Shown: positions 40,280 through 52,514 of the stretch, in pieces
How positions within the stretch are numbered: the first letter of the stretch is position 1
Layout: each line of letters starts with the position of its first letter
Source of the DNA: Octopus sinensis
Taxonomy: Eukaryota
DNA length: 64,000 nucleotides
Direction of reading: 5' to 3'
Assembly: GCF_006345805.1 (NCBI RefSeq)
Contig: NC_043023.1
Coordinates: 9,424,001 to 9,488,000 of the forward strand
Program-made: the position numbers and the translations under genes
The notes under the pieces: generated by a model
Seen by the model: only the letters and a program-made list of their open reading frames with translations
Databases searched by the model: none
What the model was told of the DNA's origin: nothing

Positions 40280-42025
40280 GTTTGACTTTTGCTTTATGTC
40301 TGTACAAGTTGGCTCCAAGTCTCACCCAGAGACCTCAAGAGACAACAGGTTAGAAGTTCTGTGCCATATATTTGGGTTTTTTTTTTTTGCTTTTTTTTGG
40401 GTGTTGTACTAGTGAATGTCTAATACCTAAAAATAAAAAATTAAAAAATAAATAAATAAACAAAAAAAAAGTTTGTTTTAAACCTTGGGATTACATAGAG
40501 AGTATTTTGCATAGGATATGAGCAGTTCCCATGAGCACTATCTTTTGAATTTCTGCCATTTTGGGGTTTCCTGGTATCTGAGTTAGGTAGCAATCAGTCC
40601 CTTTCGCTATCATTCCAGGGCCTATGACAACAGGTATTGTTTTAGTCTTCAGCTTCCACATTTGATGATTTCTATTTCAAGATCTTTATATTTGCTCAGT
40701 TTTTGGTAGGTCTTGACAGATACGTTTATATCGATTGGGACAGTCATATCAATGAGGAGGCATGTTCTTTGTCTGAAGTCTTTCAATATGATGTCTGGCC
40801 TATTTGCATCTATCTTCCTGTCAGTTTGAATGTGAAGTTCCAGAGGAGTGAGATGTGGTCATTTTCAAGCACAGGAGGTGGATTGTGTTCCCACCAGTTT
40901 TTTTCATGGGGCAAATCCAGGTTTTTGCAAATTACCCAGTGAATATATTGTGCTGCTCTATCATGCCTACTGAGGTACTCTGTAGGCGCTAGAAGACTGC
41001 ATTGGAGACAACATGGTCAATGGTTTCATTTGTTGTCGGCATACACGACATGTTGGGCTACTGCCGTTCTTTAATATGTTGGCTGGTAGTTTCTTGTGGG
41101 TAGGCATTGATCTTGAGCTGCTATGATAAACCCTCTGTTCAGATTTTAAGCCAGAGGCCATTAGCCATTGATGGGTCAGGGCTTTGTCGATATCTGCATT
41201 ATTCGCTCTCTTTGGGTATTTTCCATAGAGAATTTTTCTTGCCATTTATTATTCAGAATATCTAGGCCGCAGTTTGGCAAGGGTTTTCATGCGCCTAGCT
41301 TTCTGTGTTTGTTTCTTGTATGTCTATCTCTAATTCCGAAATTGGTTGTATTCGGAATTCACTTAGATATTCCTTTGCCTGTTTTGTGACTGAGTATGAT
41401 GATTTGTTTTCATGTTTTCATGTTTTACAAGTTTTAACATCCAGTCCTCAGAATTTTCAGGTAGGTGTCTAGGCCAATTGTAGCAATCTTCATTGTTATT
41501 GCCAGTTGCAAAAGACCACGGCCTCCCTCGTTTCTTGGCAGATAGAGTCGTTCTGTATCTGCCTTAGGGTGGTGCATTCTATGCATTGTCAACAGTTTCT
41601 TATTTTTCTGTCGAGCTGACTTATTTCAGTAATTGACCAGTTAACAATTTGAAACTGTAAGTCACGACTGGTATGGCTAATGCATTGATCGCTTCGATCC
41701 TGTTTCTTGCATTCAGCTCTGTCTTGAGTATTGCTCTCACTCTTCGATAGCATTCTCTCCTGATCCTTTCCTTCATCTCTGAATGCCTTATTCCGTTCCC
41801 TTCAATTACCCCTAGGTACTTGTAGCTCTCCGCTGGGTCTAGTTCTTTTATGACATTCTGCCGGTCAAGGTTAACGTTAGATGTTTCTGTCATTTTTCCT
41901 TTGATAAAGGTAACCTTTGCACATTTATCGAGGCCGAATTGCATTCTGATGTCGTCACTGAATTGTTTGACTATCGCTAGTAAGCCCTTGAGTTGCTGGT
42001 CATTTTTTGCAAAAAGCTTTAAATC
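40280..42025 (-). mobile_element. 5'-truncated R4/Dong-type element (RT end, zinc knuckle, RLE, 3' UTR)
   Basis: MQFGLDKCAK, YKYLG, NRIEAINALAIPVVTYSF, CRVC, EIQKIVLMGTAHIL; (ATT)n at both ends. Confidence 0.88.
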
Positions 42026-42047
42026 ATTATTATTATTATTATTATTA

Positions 42048-42102
<55 letters not shown>

Positions 42103-42105
<3 letters not shown>

Positions 42106-42785
42106 TAGTTTTATTTTTATAGCGTGCTTTCACTTCACTACCGAGCGCAGCTCTGTGTGCCTTGGGTATGTGCTGTGATTTGTTGTGATGCTCTGATGGT
42201 TATTGTATGGAAAGTGTTCTGCGTAGGATGTGTGCAGTGCCTAGTAGTGCAATTTTCTGTATGTTATATGTGTTTGTAAGTCCTGGTGTTTTGTTATGTA
42301 TTTGTCTGAATATTTTTTATCATGCCTAATGCACCTACTATGATAGGAATTGTTTCCGTTTTCAGATTCCACATTCTAGTTACCTCTATTTCCAGGTCTT
42401 TGTATTTTGAGAGTTTCTCCATCTTTTAGAGACACGTTGTCATCTGCCGGTATTGATACATCAATTAGAAAGCATTTTTTTTTCTTCATGATCTCTGACA
42501 ACTATATCTGGTTGTTGGCCTTAATTTCTCTATCTGTGTGTATCGGCATATCCCAGAGTATGGTTGCTTTCTCGTTTTCTGTGACCTTTTCTGGTGTGTG
42601 CCTATACCATCTTTTTTCTGTTGTTATTCCATAATGTTGGCATAGCTTCCAGTGTATGTAGGTTCCAACTTTGTCATGTCTGTGAATATATTCCTTCTTA
42701 GCCAAGACTGGGCAGCTAGAGATAATATGATTTATTGTTTCTTGTCCATCTCCACATATTTTGCAGTTACTTGTAGTTACTGGTC
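42103..42785 (-). mobile_element. 5'-truncated R4/Dong-type element (RLE end)
   Basis: HTPEKVTENEKATILWDMPIHTDREIKAN, IQKIALLGTAHILR; (ATT)n at both ends. Confidence 0.85.
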
Positions 42786-42786
42786 A

Positions 42787-42856
<70 letters not shown>

Positions 42857-42864
42857 ATTATTAC

Positions 42865-42929
<65 letters not shown>

Positions 42930-42987
42930 TATTATCATTATCGCTATTATTATTATTATCATTATCGCTATTATTATTCTTGGTTAA

Positions 42988-43185
42988 GGCGGCGCGCTGG
43001 TACAACTGCTAGAAGGCAGGCGAAGTGCTTAGCGGAAATTCGCCGTCGCTATGTTCCGAGTTCAAATTCCGCCGAGGTGGCCCTTCACCTTTTAAGGTCG
43101 ATAAATTAAGCACCAGTGAACCACTGGGGGCGAAGTGATTTACTAATCCCCTCCCAGATAATTTTATGTTTTCTGCTTCTATTAG
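42988..43185 (+). mobile_element. SINE family C
   Basis: ggcggcgcgctgg...tgcttagcgg...gagttcaaattccgccgagg. Confidence 0.75.
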
Positions 43186-43453
43186 AATTATTATTATTCG
43201 TTATACCAACCATGTATTAAATATATAAAGATTGACGCCTATATATTGTATACGTTCATCTTCAGCACTTTGTTTTGTCTATCACATCTTGGTGATCATT
43301 GCTCTTGTTATTACTTGGCTTGTATTTTATTCACCATTACATGCGTTTACAGTGTCAGAGTTGACTAAAGAGAAATTTAGAAATTATTTAACAGGGGAAA
43401 ACAGATTTAGTGAACTTTATGTGTTTTGAATTAATTTTGTTTCTTCCTTTCAG

Positions 43454-43525
43454 AAATTTGGGCCACAACCGAATACAAAAATATGAGGATGGCGCATTCT
43501 TATTCCTGCCCAACATACGTCGTGT
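43454..43525 (+). pseudogene. 72-nt single-LRR exon of gene 2
   Basis: cctttcAG acceptor; NLGHNRIQKYEDGAFLFLPNIRR; GTATGT donor; exactly 72 nt, phase 2-2, open frame. Confidence 0.8.
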
Positions 43526-43626
43526 GTATGTACAAGTTTTGTTTTTATTTCTTTGGAAAGTAGAACGTTATATAACACTAATACTATAAAGGGAGATCAT
43601 CAAATTCACAACTATTCACAACTATA

Positions 43627-44014
43627 GGCGCAGGAGTGGCTGTGTGGTAAGTAGCTTGCTTACCAACCACATGGTTCCGGGTTCAGTCCCACTGCGTGGC
43701 ACTTTGGGCAAGTGTCTTCTACTATAGCCTCAGGCTGACCAAAGCCTAGTGAGTGGATTTGGTAGACGGAAACTGAAAGAAGCCTGTCGTGTATATGTAT
43801 ATATATGTGTGTTTGTGTGTCTGTGTTTGTCCTCCCAACATCGCTTGACAACCGATGCTGGTGTGTTTATGTCCCCGTAACTTAGCGGTTCGGCAGAAGA
43901 GACCGATAGAATAAGTACTAGGCTTACAAAGAACAAGTCGATTTGCTCGACTAAAGGTGGTGCTCCAGCATGGCCGCAGTCAAATGACTGAAACAAGTAA
44001 AAGAGTAAAAGAGT
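43627..44014 (+). mobile_element. SINE family A, full length
   Basis: family head and tail both present. Confidence 0.9.
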
Positions 44015-44280
44015 ATTTTATGCAGTTGACAATGAACCACGTTGAGTTGGTTTAAAATTTAATATATGAAAATAATTATATCCAAGCATTCTGTCGGGGT
44101 CGATAAAATAAATACCAGTTGAAGATGTAATCTACCAGTCTCCTCCCGAAAAATCTCAGGTCTTGTGTCTTTAGTAGAAAGATTTATTGTTACTGAAAGA
44201 AAATGTTATTTAAATTGACATCGAAAAAATATAATGGTATTAATTTCCTACCTTGTTATTCGTGGGTATTTGCTATACAG

Positions 44281-44645
44281 CTCTGCGGCAGAATCTAAAA
44301 GAAGTAAAACTCTATAATTTTAAAAACTTTCTGCTGTGGTTCGTGCACAGTTCTAAGAACAATTCTTATGTAGAATAAAAGAACTTTCTTTAGCACTAAC
44401 TGACTGAGAGTTTCTCATAGGCGGTGGTTCAAAATCACGACCATAAAATTTCCGACACCAAAACATCCCTAACCTGCGATATAAATAAGTCACTTCCAGT
44501 GGCTATGAAATTTCTCCTTACTTCAAAGGATTTTATTATTCAAGATATAAGTTATGAGTGTAGCAATGTAGTAACTTTACAGTTTCCACAAGTAACCATT
44601 TCACTTTTTGTTATTAACACCTAGGAAAGAAAGAACATGAACGTC
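44281..44645 (+). pseudogene. possible degenerate multi-LRR exon
   Basis: tacAG at 44280 and GTAAGT at 44646; LRQNLKEVKLYNFKNF and INKSLPVAMKFLL are LRR-like; several stops. Confidence 0.3.
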
Positions 44646-45002
44646 GTAAGTTATATACACTTGCTTAAATTACATAGTCCTTGTTTCATGTGGAATCCAG
44701 CTGACGTCTTCTTCTTCTTCTTTCAATCAGGACTCACGCCATTAGCTACAAAGAATAGTCTCTAATTCGAGTCTACTCTAAGCTACTAAGAATGCGTGTG
44801 GCAACTTGAAGATCCACCCACCACATGCGATAGACTGGCGGTTGCACGGGCGCGAAAGCTACGTTGTTATCCTCATTCCGTAAACGGTGGCTTTTAACGG
44901 GTGGAGAACTGAACCATCCTGGGGTACAGAGGATTCTCAATCTAGACTAGGGTCTGAACGTTTACCACACTATAATGGGTTACACCATGGTTCCTCTGCT
45001 TT

Positions 45003-45119
45003 GTGGCAGAAGTAGGAAGAAAGAGTGAGAGAAAGTTGTTGTGAAACAGTACAGCGGGGTTCACCCCCTCCGCCGGAGCCTCGTGGAGCTTTAGGTGTTT
45101 TTGCTGAATAAACACTCAC
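45003..45119 (-). mobile_element. SINE family B, partial
   Basis: gagaaagttgttgtg...ggagcctcgtggagctttaggtg. Confidence 0.75.
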
Positions 45120-45125
45120 AATATG

Positions 45126-45244
45126 GCTTACGGCCATATCACATTGAAAGGACCGGTTCTCGTCCGATCACCGAAGTTAAGCAACATCGAGCCTAGTTAG
45201 TACTTAGATGGGTGACCGCTTGGGAAACCTAGGTGCTGTAAGCA
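45126..45244 (+). rRNA. solo 5S rRNA copy, possibly a pseudogene
   Basis: gcttacggccatatcac...ccgatcaccgaagttaagc...ttagtacttagatgggtgaccgc...gctgtaagc; ends pair (GCTTAC/GTAAGC); helix II has CG>CA changes. Confidence 0.85.
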
Positions 45245-45324
45245 TTCCTCATTTTAAATGGCCGTGCCCCAGCATGACCACAGCTCATGAGCTGAAGATA
45301 GATAAAATAAATTGAAAAAAAATA

Positions 45325-45565
45325 AAATGCCCGGTATGGGAATCGAAACCGCGTTCTTGCGACCGCGAATCCGCTGCCCTAACCACTGGCCATTGCGCCT
45401 CCTCCAGCTGGCGCTTCTCTGCTGACTGAAGCGGCAGCTCATGAGCTGAAGATAGATAAGATAGATAAAATAAATTGAAAAAAAAATAAAATGCCCGGTA
45501 TGGGAATCGAAACCGCGTTTTCTTGGACCGCGAATCCGCTGCCCTACCACCACTGGCCATGCGGC
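45325..45565 (-). mobile_element. two tandem tRNA-like SINE family B heads, each followed by TTTT
   Basis: minus strand: gtggttagggcagcggattcgcggtc...ggtttcgattcccataccgggcatttt, twice within a ~185-bp duplication. Confidence 0.7.
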
Positions 45566-45639
45566 TATTGGCCTCCACTTGGCTGGCGCTCTCTTCTGAT
45601 CGAAGGCGCGTTCTTTTAAAGTTCTCCTTATAATTACAG

Positions 45640-45795
45640 AGACCTCAGTGGCAATAACGACATAATGTGTGGTGTCACCTACCAGCAGTAGTAAATTATA
45701 ACGAGAAATACATACAATACTTTTGGATGTCAAAGGCGAGTGTTTTACAGATTCTGGCGAAGAAACATCTATACTGAAATATTCACAATGTATAA
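45640..45795 (+). pseudogene. degenerate LRR-CT exon of gene 2
   Basis: ttacAG acceptor, phase 2; DLSGNNDIMCG, then stops and a frameshift, then VKGECFTDSGEETSILKYSQC; donor uncertain. Confidence 0.5.
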
Positions 45796-46118
45796 GTATA
45801 GTAAAATCTTCCTTGCTTTTATTGTTCTTTACGTTTACCAATAAATAGAAACCCAGGTCATCTCTGCTGCCCAAATTATAATTCTTATGAAAGAGATCAA
45901 TATATATATATATATATAAGTCGTTGAATGAATTATCCTAGTATGGATAATTCGGTTAAACCGATACCCGGGTAGCAAATTCCGTCAGTAAACACAGGTT
46001 GAAGCTACATGCTAAGGGCAGAGATCACGTGCTTTCGTGTGGAAATTGTGTGTGTTTTTTTTAATACAAAATAAATGAAAGAATAGAGTTGAACGACGAT
46101 TTCACAAAATTCCTTTAT

Positions 46119-46199
46119 TCTCGACATATGTTTCGAAGACTGCATATTCCTAATTTCGAAGGAATAAGGGGTGCATTATGCCGCCTTCACATCAGGAAA
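46119..46199 (-). ncRNA. hammerhead-like motif with A9>U core change
   Basis: minus strand: tttc-CTGATGT-gaaggc..tgca..tattcct..aggaata tgca gtcttc-GAAA-catatg-TC-gaga. Confidence 0.5.
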
Positions 46200-46281
46200 G
46201 ACAAGGAACTTACGTCAGCATCATGATGAACAAACACTTTCAGATGACTGCCCACACGGAGTCCATAGTGATAAGTTTTTG

Positions 46282-46313
<32 letters not shown>

Positions 46314-46395
46314 CGTTTAAATATTTGTTGTGCAAGATTTTTTATGTGAAGCCGTGTTAGTAAGGAGAGACACAAATAAGTAAGAAGACAACAAA

Positions 46396-46440
46396 GGACC
46401 ACTGATGCGGTCACAGGAGTGTGACGAAAGAACTCTGGCC
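46396..46440 (+). ncRNA. degenerate minimal hammerhead (A9>C)
   Basis: ggacca-CTGATGC-g gtcac aggagt gtgac-GAAA-gaac-TC-tggcc. Confidence 0.45.
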
Positions 46441-46564
46441 AAAATAAGATTAAGATTAATGTAAAAAATAAATAACACTGAAGCAAAGTAACACCAAATA
46501 TATAGTGCGTGTGTTTTTATTGGCTAAACTGGCAAAATGACCATTCCTAAATACAACAATATAT

Positions 46565-46870
46565 ATATATATATATTAAATTAGAGATAAAACCACTATT
46601 AGGCAAATCAAACAGTGAAAAACATAAACCAAAACATAGAAATAAAATTAATTAATATAATATACAAAATATATAAAATATAAAATTCAAAATTTAAATT
46701 ATTTAAAGTTAAAGTTAAAAATTTTTTAAATTATTAATTTATACTTATAAATTTATATATATATATATATATTTTATTATTTTTATTTATATTATTATTA
46801 TTATTTTATTTTAATTTATTTTTTAAAATATATATAACTATCAAAAAGTATTAAAAAGTTTAATATAAGA
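46565..46870 (-). mobile_element. AT-rich non-autonomous element tail
   Basis: matches 5875-6290. Confidence 0.6.
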
Positions 46871-47148
46871 TAAAAAGTATATACATAAAGAATTAAACGC
46901 ATTGCCTTCGAAACCCTTCACAAGTCCCACGACGCACATACACATGAACTCGCGCGCATACACACACTCACGCGCACACACACATAAAAACCCACGCAGA
47001 CACTCACATGTTCTATGTAAGGCATTCACAGAATCAACAATACCACACAAACACACATCCGTGCAGATGCCCACCAGAGTGAACCTATGTATGAACATGC
47101 GCACACACACTTACACATATACACTCATACACTTGCTTTTTCAATCCC

Positions 47149-47225
<77 letters not shown>

Positions 47226-47229
47226 TTAT

Positions 47230-47289
<60 letters not shown>

Positions 47290-47340
47290 ATCTATCTATA
47301 TCTATCTATCTATATCTATCTATCTATATCTATCTATCTA

Positions 47341-47437
<97 letters not shown>

Positions 47438-47833
47438 ATCTATCTATTTTTCTCTCTCTTGTACAAATCCATTGCCATCCATACAACTACATATATATAT
47501 AAGCAAAAATCTAGCAAGCAAATAGACAGATCTGAAACTGACCAGGAGTCTGATTGAGAGATTAATCGAATGTTCAATCATGCAATTGATTTGTTAATTA
47601 ATTAAATAACAAACCAACTGACGAATAATAAAGAGGCAAATTAAAATCAGTGCGTATGTTTATTATTGACATAATGACATTTCTGAGATGCAGTAAGTCC
47701 CCAGCATTCGAACAAGTAACTTTTACGCTTTGTTTTGTTGAATTTGTAACAAAACTGAAGCGTTTCCAAATGAAAACAAAAACATGTTTATAGTTTTAAT
47801 TGATAATTTCTTTTATATATTTAGTATAAAGAG

Positions 47834-47977
47834 AATACCAAACGAGTCCCCTATGGATACCGTATTTATTACAACGAGTGGCTTGTAAACGTATCTAACG
47901 AGCGAAAGCGAGTTAGATACATTTACAAGCCACGAGTTGTAATAAATACGGTATCCATAGGGAATGAGTTTGGTATT
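47834..47977. repeat. 144-bp near-perfect palindrome with a GAAA loop
   Basis: arms pair around gc-GAAA-gc at 47904-47907. Confidence 0.9.
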
Positions 47978-48073
47978 TTATTTATTACACACGAATAAAC
48001 GACCATATTTTATTAACCCAATAACTAAATTCTTCACGTTTAGTTGTAACTTATGAATGACAAAAGTAGTGCC

Positions 48074-48203
48074 GTCACCGTGACCTCGGGTCATCACCTT
48101 GGATTGACCAATCAGAAGCAGCGCTGTCACCGTGACCTCGGGTCTTCACCATGGATTGACCAATCAGAAGCAGCGCTCGCAGTATCTGACATATGTTAGA
48201 TAC
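48074..48203. repeat. two 52-bp tandem units each containing gaCCAATcag, then a 22-bp palindrome
   Basis: gtcaccgtgacctcggg...ggattgaccaatcagaagcagcgct twice; gtatctgacatatgttagatac. Confidence 0.8.
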
Positions 48204-48356
48204 CAAAAATATCTGAAAGTTGTTCTCACTCACATGTGTGTAATAAATGTTGGTTCCAACATTAATATGTATGAGTCACTAAGTAAATGTTTCCTGTTTG
48301 TGCTGTACATTACACTATTTGGTTCCGAAATACGGATATCATTTTCTTTTCTGTAG

Positions 48357-48448
48357 ATTACACGTTATTTCAAAAGAACTTGCAGTGTGAAGGATTTTCA
48401 GGGAGGAGGTGCAAGGATTGTGAAATGACAAGCTGTCCAGGAGTAGAG
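48357..48448 (+). pseudogene. candidate Cys-rich (EGF-like) exon of gene 2
   Basis: ttttctgtAG acceptor; YTLFQKNLQCEGFSGRRCKDCEMTSCPGVE; GTAAAC donor; GFSGxxC motif; open frame. Confidence 0.42.
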
Positions 48449-49151
48449 GTAAACTAAAATGTTACTTTCTCCTTTTCTGTTGATATATATCCGCAGCCGT
48501 CAGTATGGCCAGGTAGTTTGTACCATGATTTCACTAATTGTACTCACAAATAGACACACCTTCTCGGTCTTGCCATCATAGCGTATGTTATATGTGTGTG
48601 TGTATAGTAGCAGAGATACCCGGCGTTGCTTGGTATTAAAATGACATAGCATTGTTATTTTACTGCAGGATTTATTCTGTGTATGCCTATTACTTATCTT
48701 ATCAGTTTGTTTCACCAAAGGGCTAAGTTACGGAGACGTAAACACAGCATTATTAGTTGCAAAGGTATGGCGGGGGTACAAACACACATACATATATATA
48801 TATATATAAATAGTAAATGATATATAATATATACACATGCATATATGGGTACAGGATGTCACCAACGGTTCAAACTACATAAAATACGTAAACAACGAGA
48901 AGCAATGGAATACAGGACAAGTAAACACAGATGGGAATCGAACGCGGTCTTTGGATCGCGAGTCCGCTGCCCTAACCACTGGGCCATCGCGCCTCCACGT
49001 TATTTAGATGGTTGTAAAATATTTAAATGTTCAATGGTGCAATTCACAATAGCTGTTTACCATAGAACAATTTATCACATTCATCTGTCGTTGTAACACT
49101 ATAAAATTAAAAAGAGATTTTCATAAACCTTCAGTGCTTTGGTGACTTCAA

Positions 49152-49649
49152 ATCTTTATATATAAAAGTGAAGTTGTGTGTCTGTCTACTCCGATTTAGA
49201 TTCCTAACTACTCCCACATTTTGTGGTGCAGTTTAACCAAAACCGGGTATCTTATAGTCGTGATTCATATCGAGCCCTTCTGGGTATTAGCACGCGTCTA
49301 CGATGAGTCTACGATTTTAAAAATAATTTACCATCATTTCTTTCCATTTTAATGCATTTTTTCGCTATTATATAAGGGAAGTAACTCTCTAAAAATGTCT
49401 ACGATGAGTCTACGATTTTAAAAATAATTTACCATCATTTCTTTCCATTTTAATGCATTTTTTCGCTATTATATAAGGGAAGTAACTCTCTAAAAATGTC
49501 TACGATGAATCAACGATTTAAAAAAAATTTACCATCATATTTTTCCCATTTTTAATGCATTTTTTTGCTATTTTTTGGCTATAACTCTCTAAAAATGCTT
49601 TATAGTTATTTCCCTTACAAACCGAGCAACGCCGGGCGATACTGCTAGT
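49152..49649 (-). mobile_element. non-autonomous Helentron/DINE-1-like element with an internal ~105-bp tandem duplication
   Basis: minus strand starts actagcagtatcgcccggcgttgctcgg and ends cttcacttttatatataaagat; matches 54432-54826. Confidence 0.65.
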
Positions 49650-49866
49650 TTTCATATAGGCCTTGAGGATAACTAATCAATATCAAGCATTAGACATGCG
49701 AACCGTTTTGTATCGTGGTTCACCTTGTCATTGAAAGAATAACTTCGTTCAGATTAACTGTGGTTTATGAAGGCTGGTGTATAACGGATCATTGGTTGTC
49801 AACGTCTCGCACCATTAAGTGTATGTCTTACTCAACTATAGAGAATTCGACTTAATGCTACGAACA

Positions 49867-50240
49867 ATGGCCCAGTGGTTAGGGCAGCGGACTCGCGGTC
49901 ATAGGATCGCGGTTTCGATTTCCAGACCGGGCGTTGTGAGTGTTTATTGAGCGAAAACACCTAAAGCTCAACGAGGCTCCGGCAGGGGATGGTGGTGATC
50001 CCTGCTGTACTCTTTCACCACAACTTTCTCTCATTCATACTTCCTGTTTCTGTTGTACCTGTATTTCAAAGGGCCGGCCTTGTCACTCTCCGTGTCACGC
50101 TGAATATCCCCGAGAACTACGTTAAGGGTACACGTGTCTGTGGAGTGCTCAGCCACTTACACGTTAATTTCACGAGCAGGCTGTTCCGTTGATTCGGATC
50201 AACCGGAACCCTCGTCGTCGTAACTGACGGAGTGCTTCCA
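49867..50240 (+). mobile_element. SINE family B with the longer alternative tail
   Basis: aatggcccagtggttagggcagcggactc head; tail shared with 61285-61799. Confidence 0.85.
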
Positions 50241-50331
50241 GACATTTTATTTGTCAGTTTAGCCAAGATTAATTACATGTGTTTTAATTGCTAAGTAATT
50301 TGATTAAATAAACAGAATTTAATTTTTCCAG

Positions 50332-50444
50332 GAAGTCACCAACCCACAATGTGTTTATTGGGATGAATAAATACGTCCCACGATGAGCCTGGGAAGAAAG
50401 TAGTTTGTTCCTGTAACCATCTTACAAGTTTTGCTGTACTAATG
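50332..50444 (+). pseudogene. disrupted GPS exon of gene 2
   Basis: ttccAG acceptor; EVTNPQCVYWDE* (TAA 50368-50370), then in another frame VVCSCNHLTSFAVLM; GT donor; 113 nt. Confidence 0.85.
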
Positions 50445-50603
50445 GTTGGTAACATTATGACATGTTGTTAATTGCTTATAAATTGGCAATTGTGTCTATA
50501 CATAAATAAGTTCAATAGCTTTTAAACTTCATGTTGGTGGATATTTCAGTAAATATGTGAGATTGATATTTTGCAATAAGTCACTGTTGTTATTACTGCT
50601 ATT

Positions 50604-51015
50604 GCGGCGAGCTGGCAGAAACGTTAGCACGCCGGGCGAAATGCTTAGTGGTATTTCGTCTGCCGTTACGTTTTGAGTTCAAATTCCGCCGAGGTCGACT
50701 TTGCCTTTCCTCCTTTCGGGGTCGGTAAATTAAGTACCAGTTACGCACTGGGGTCGATGAAATCGACTTAATCCGTTTGTCTGTCCTTGTTTGTCCCATT
50801 TGTGTTTAGCCCCTTGTGGGTAATAAAGAAATAGGTATTTTGCCTGCGTTACGTTTTGAGTTCAAATTCCGCCGAGGTCGACATTGCCTTTCATCCTTTC
50901 GGGGTCGATAAATTAAGTAGCAGTTACGCACTGGGGTCGATGAAATCGACTTAATCCGTTTGTCTGTCATTGTTTGTCCCCTTTGTGTTTAACCCCTTAT
51001 GGGTAGTAAAGAAAT
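50604..51015 (+). mobile_element. SINE family C with its 3' ~190 bp tandemly duplicated
   Basis: gttacgttttgagttcaaattccgccgagg...gtaaagaaata occurs twice. Confidence 0.85.
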
Positions 51016-51782
51016 ATATTGTTATTGTCTATTAGTCTAAACTCAGGATGTTGTCTACTAGATGTCCTCAGCTAAGGGCCTCAATTAAAAGCATCAGAAT
51101 TCCTCCAACAATGGGGCAGAAAGGAACAGTCATCTTCCTTGTATTTAAATCTATTGTGTTGAAACTATCTGAATGGTATTTTTATCGATACATACTTAGT
51201 TAATATACAATAGATATCCATAGCACAATAAACATGTTAGGTGTTAAAACAATGGTCGCTTCATGTTTCTCTTACAATACTACTCCTCTTATTTAACTGA
51301 CAATTTGTGTCAATAATCCACATGTATCCAATATTTATCAGCTGTTACGACACTTCCATTACCCGTGGAGATAAAACGTACCCCTTTTTATTATACGTAT
51401 TTTAGCCTAAACAAAGAGTTGAACTCACCCAGTGCGCTAGTTCACTCCATACTGGTTCTACTATCATCTGACATCACAATGACAGAGATTAAATAGTCAA
51501 GTCATGGATGTTGTTTCTAAAATTATCATTACTGAATCAAATCAATTGTCTTTATAACTATTTACGTCCCTATTCTTGTATTACCAAAATAATTCCAATT
51601 TCACATTTTTGGTATCTCTAGTTAATCATTTATCGTATATTTCACGTCAAACGTCTGTCCTCAGTTAACAGATAGTTTAAGTGAAGTAGCTTGAATTAGT
51701 TGTACTGTAACATATACTAAGATATACCTTCAGTGAATTTGAACTCAAGATTTAAACACCGGTGTTATATTCTACTTGGACA

Positions 51783-52188
51783 CAGTGGCTGTGTGGTAAG
51801 TAGCCTGCTTACCAACCACATGGTTCCGGGTTCAGTCCCACTGCGTGGCACCTTGGGCAAGTGTCTTCTACTATAGCCTCGGGCCGACCAATGCCTTCCG
51901 AGTGGATTTGGTAGACGAAAACTGAAAGAAGCCTGTCGTATATATGTATATATACATATATATATGTGTGTGTGCATGTATGTTTGTGTGTCTGTGTTTG
52001 TCCCCCTAGCATTGCTTGACAACCGATGCTGGTGTGTTTATGTCCCCGTCACTTAGCGGTTCGGCAAAAGAGACCGATAGAATAAGTACTGGGCTTACAA
52101 AGAATAAGTCCCGGGGTCGAGTTGCTCGACTAAAGGCGGTGCTCCAGCATGACCGCAGTCAACTGACTGAAACAAGTAAAAGAGTAAA
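51783..52188 (+). mobile_element. SINE family A, full length
   Basis: family head and tail both present. Confidence 0.9.
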
Positions 52189-52380
52189 GACGTTGCTTAC
52201 ATACATTATAAAGATAGTGGTGCTCCATATTGTAATTAAGTATCATGTAACATGTAATAGAAGATGCCCCCCCCACGTAAATGAACACTCATAATTTATA
52301 TAAATATTAATCAATATTTTTGAAACGAAGAAGAAAAGAAGGGGAGTAGCTAATACGCTGTTGTCTGTTTTCTGTTGCAG

Positions 52381-52514
52381 AACGTCGACCAACGGAGTGA
52401 AAGAATTGAAGGAAATGCAAAGAATAGTCAATACCTCTCTATCATTTCTAACATTGGCTGCATAATATCATTTGTCTGTCTCATTCTGACATTAATAATT
52501 CATGCTTATTTCAA
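52381..52514 (+). pseudogene. gene 2 TM1 exon
   Basis: ttgcAG acceptor; NVDQ...YLSIISNIGCIISFVCLILTLIIHAYF; GTAAGC donor; phase 0 to phase 2, open frame. Confidence 0.85.

Noticed and set aside
49660-49835. Possible degenerate GAIN exon (…VYNGSLVVNVSHH*)
   Set aside because: Only a vague resemblance, with several stops and no clear acceptor.
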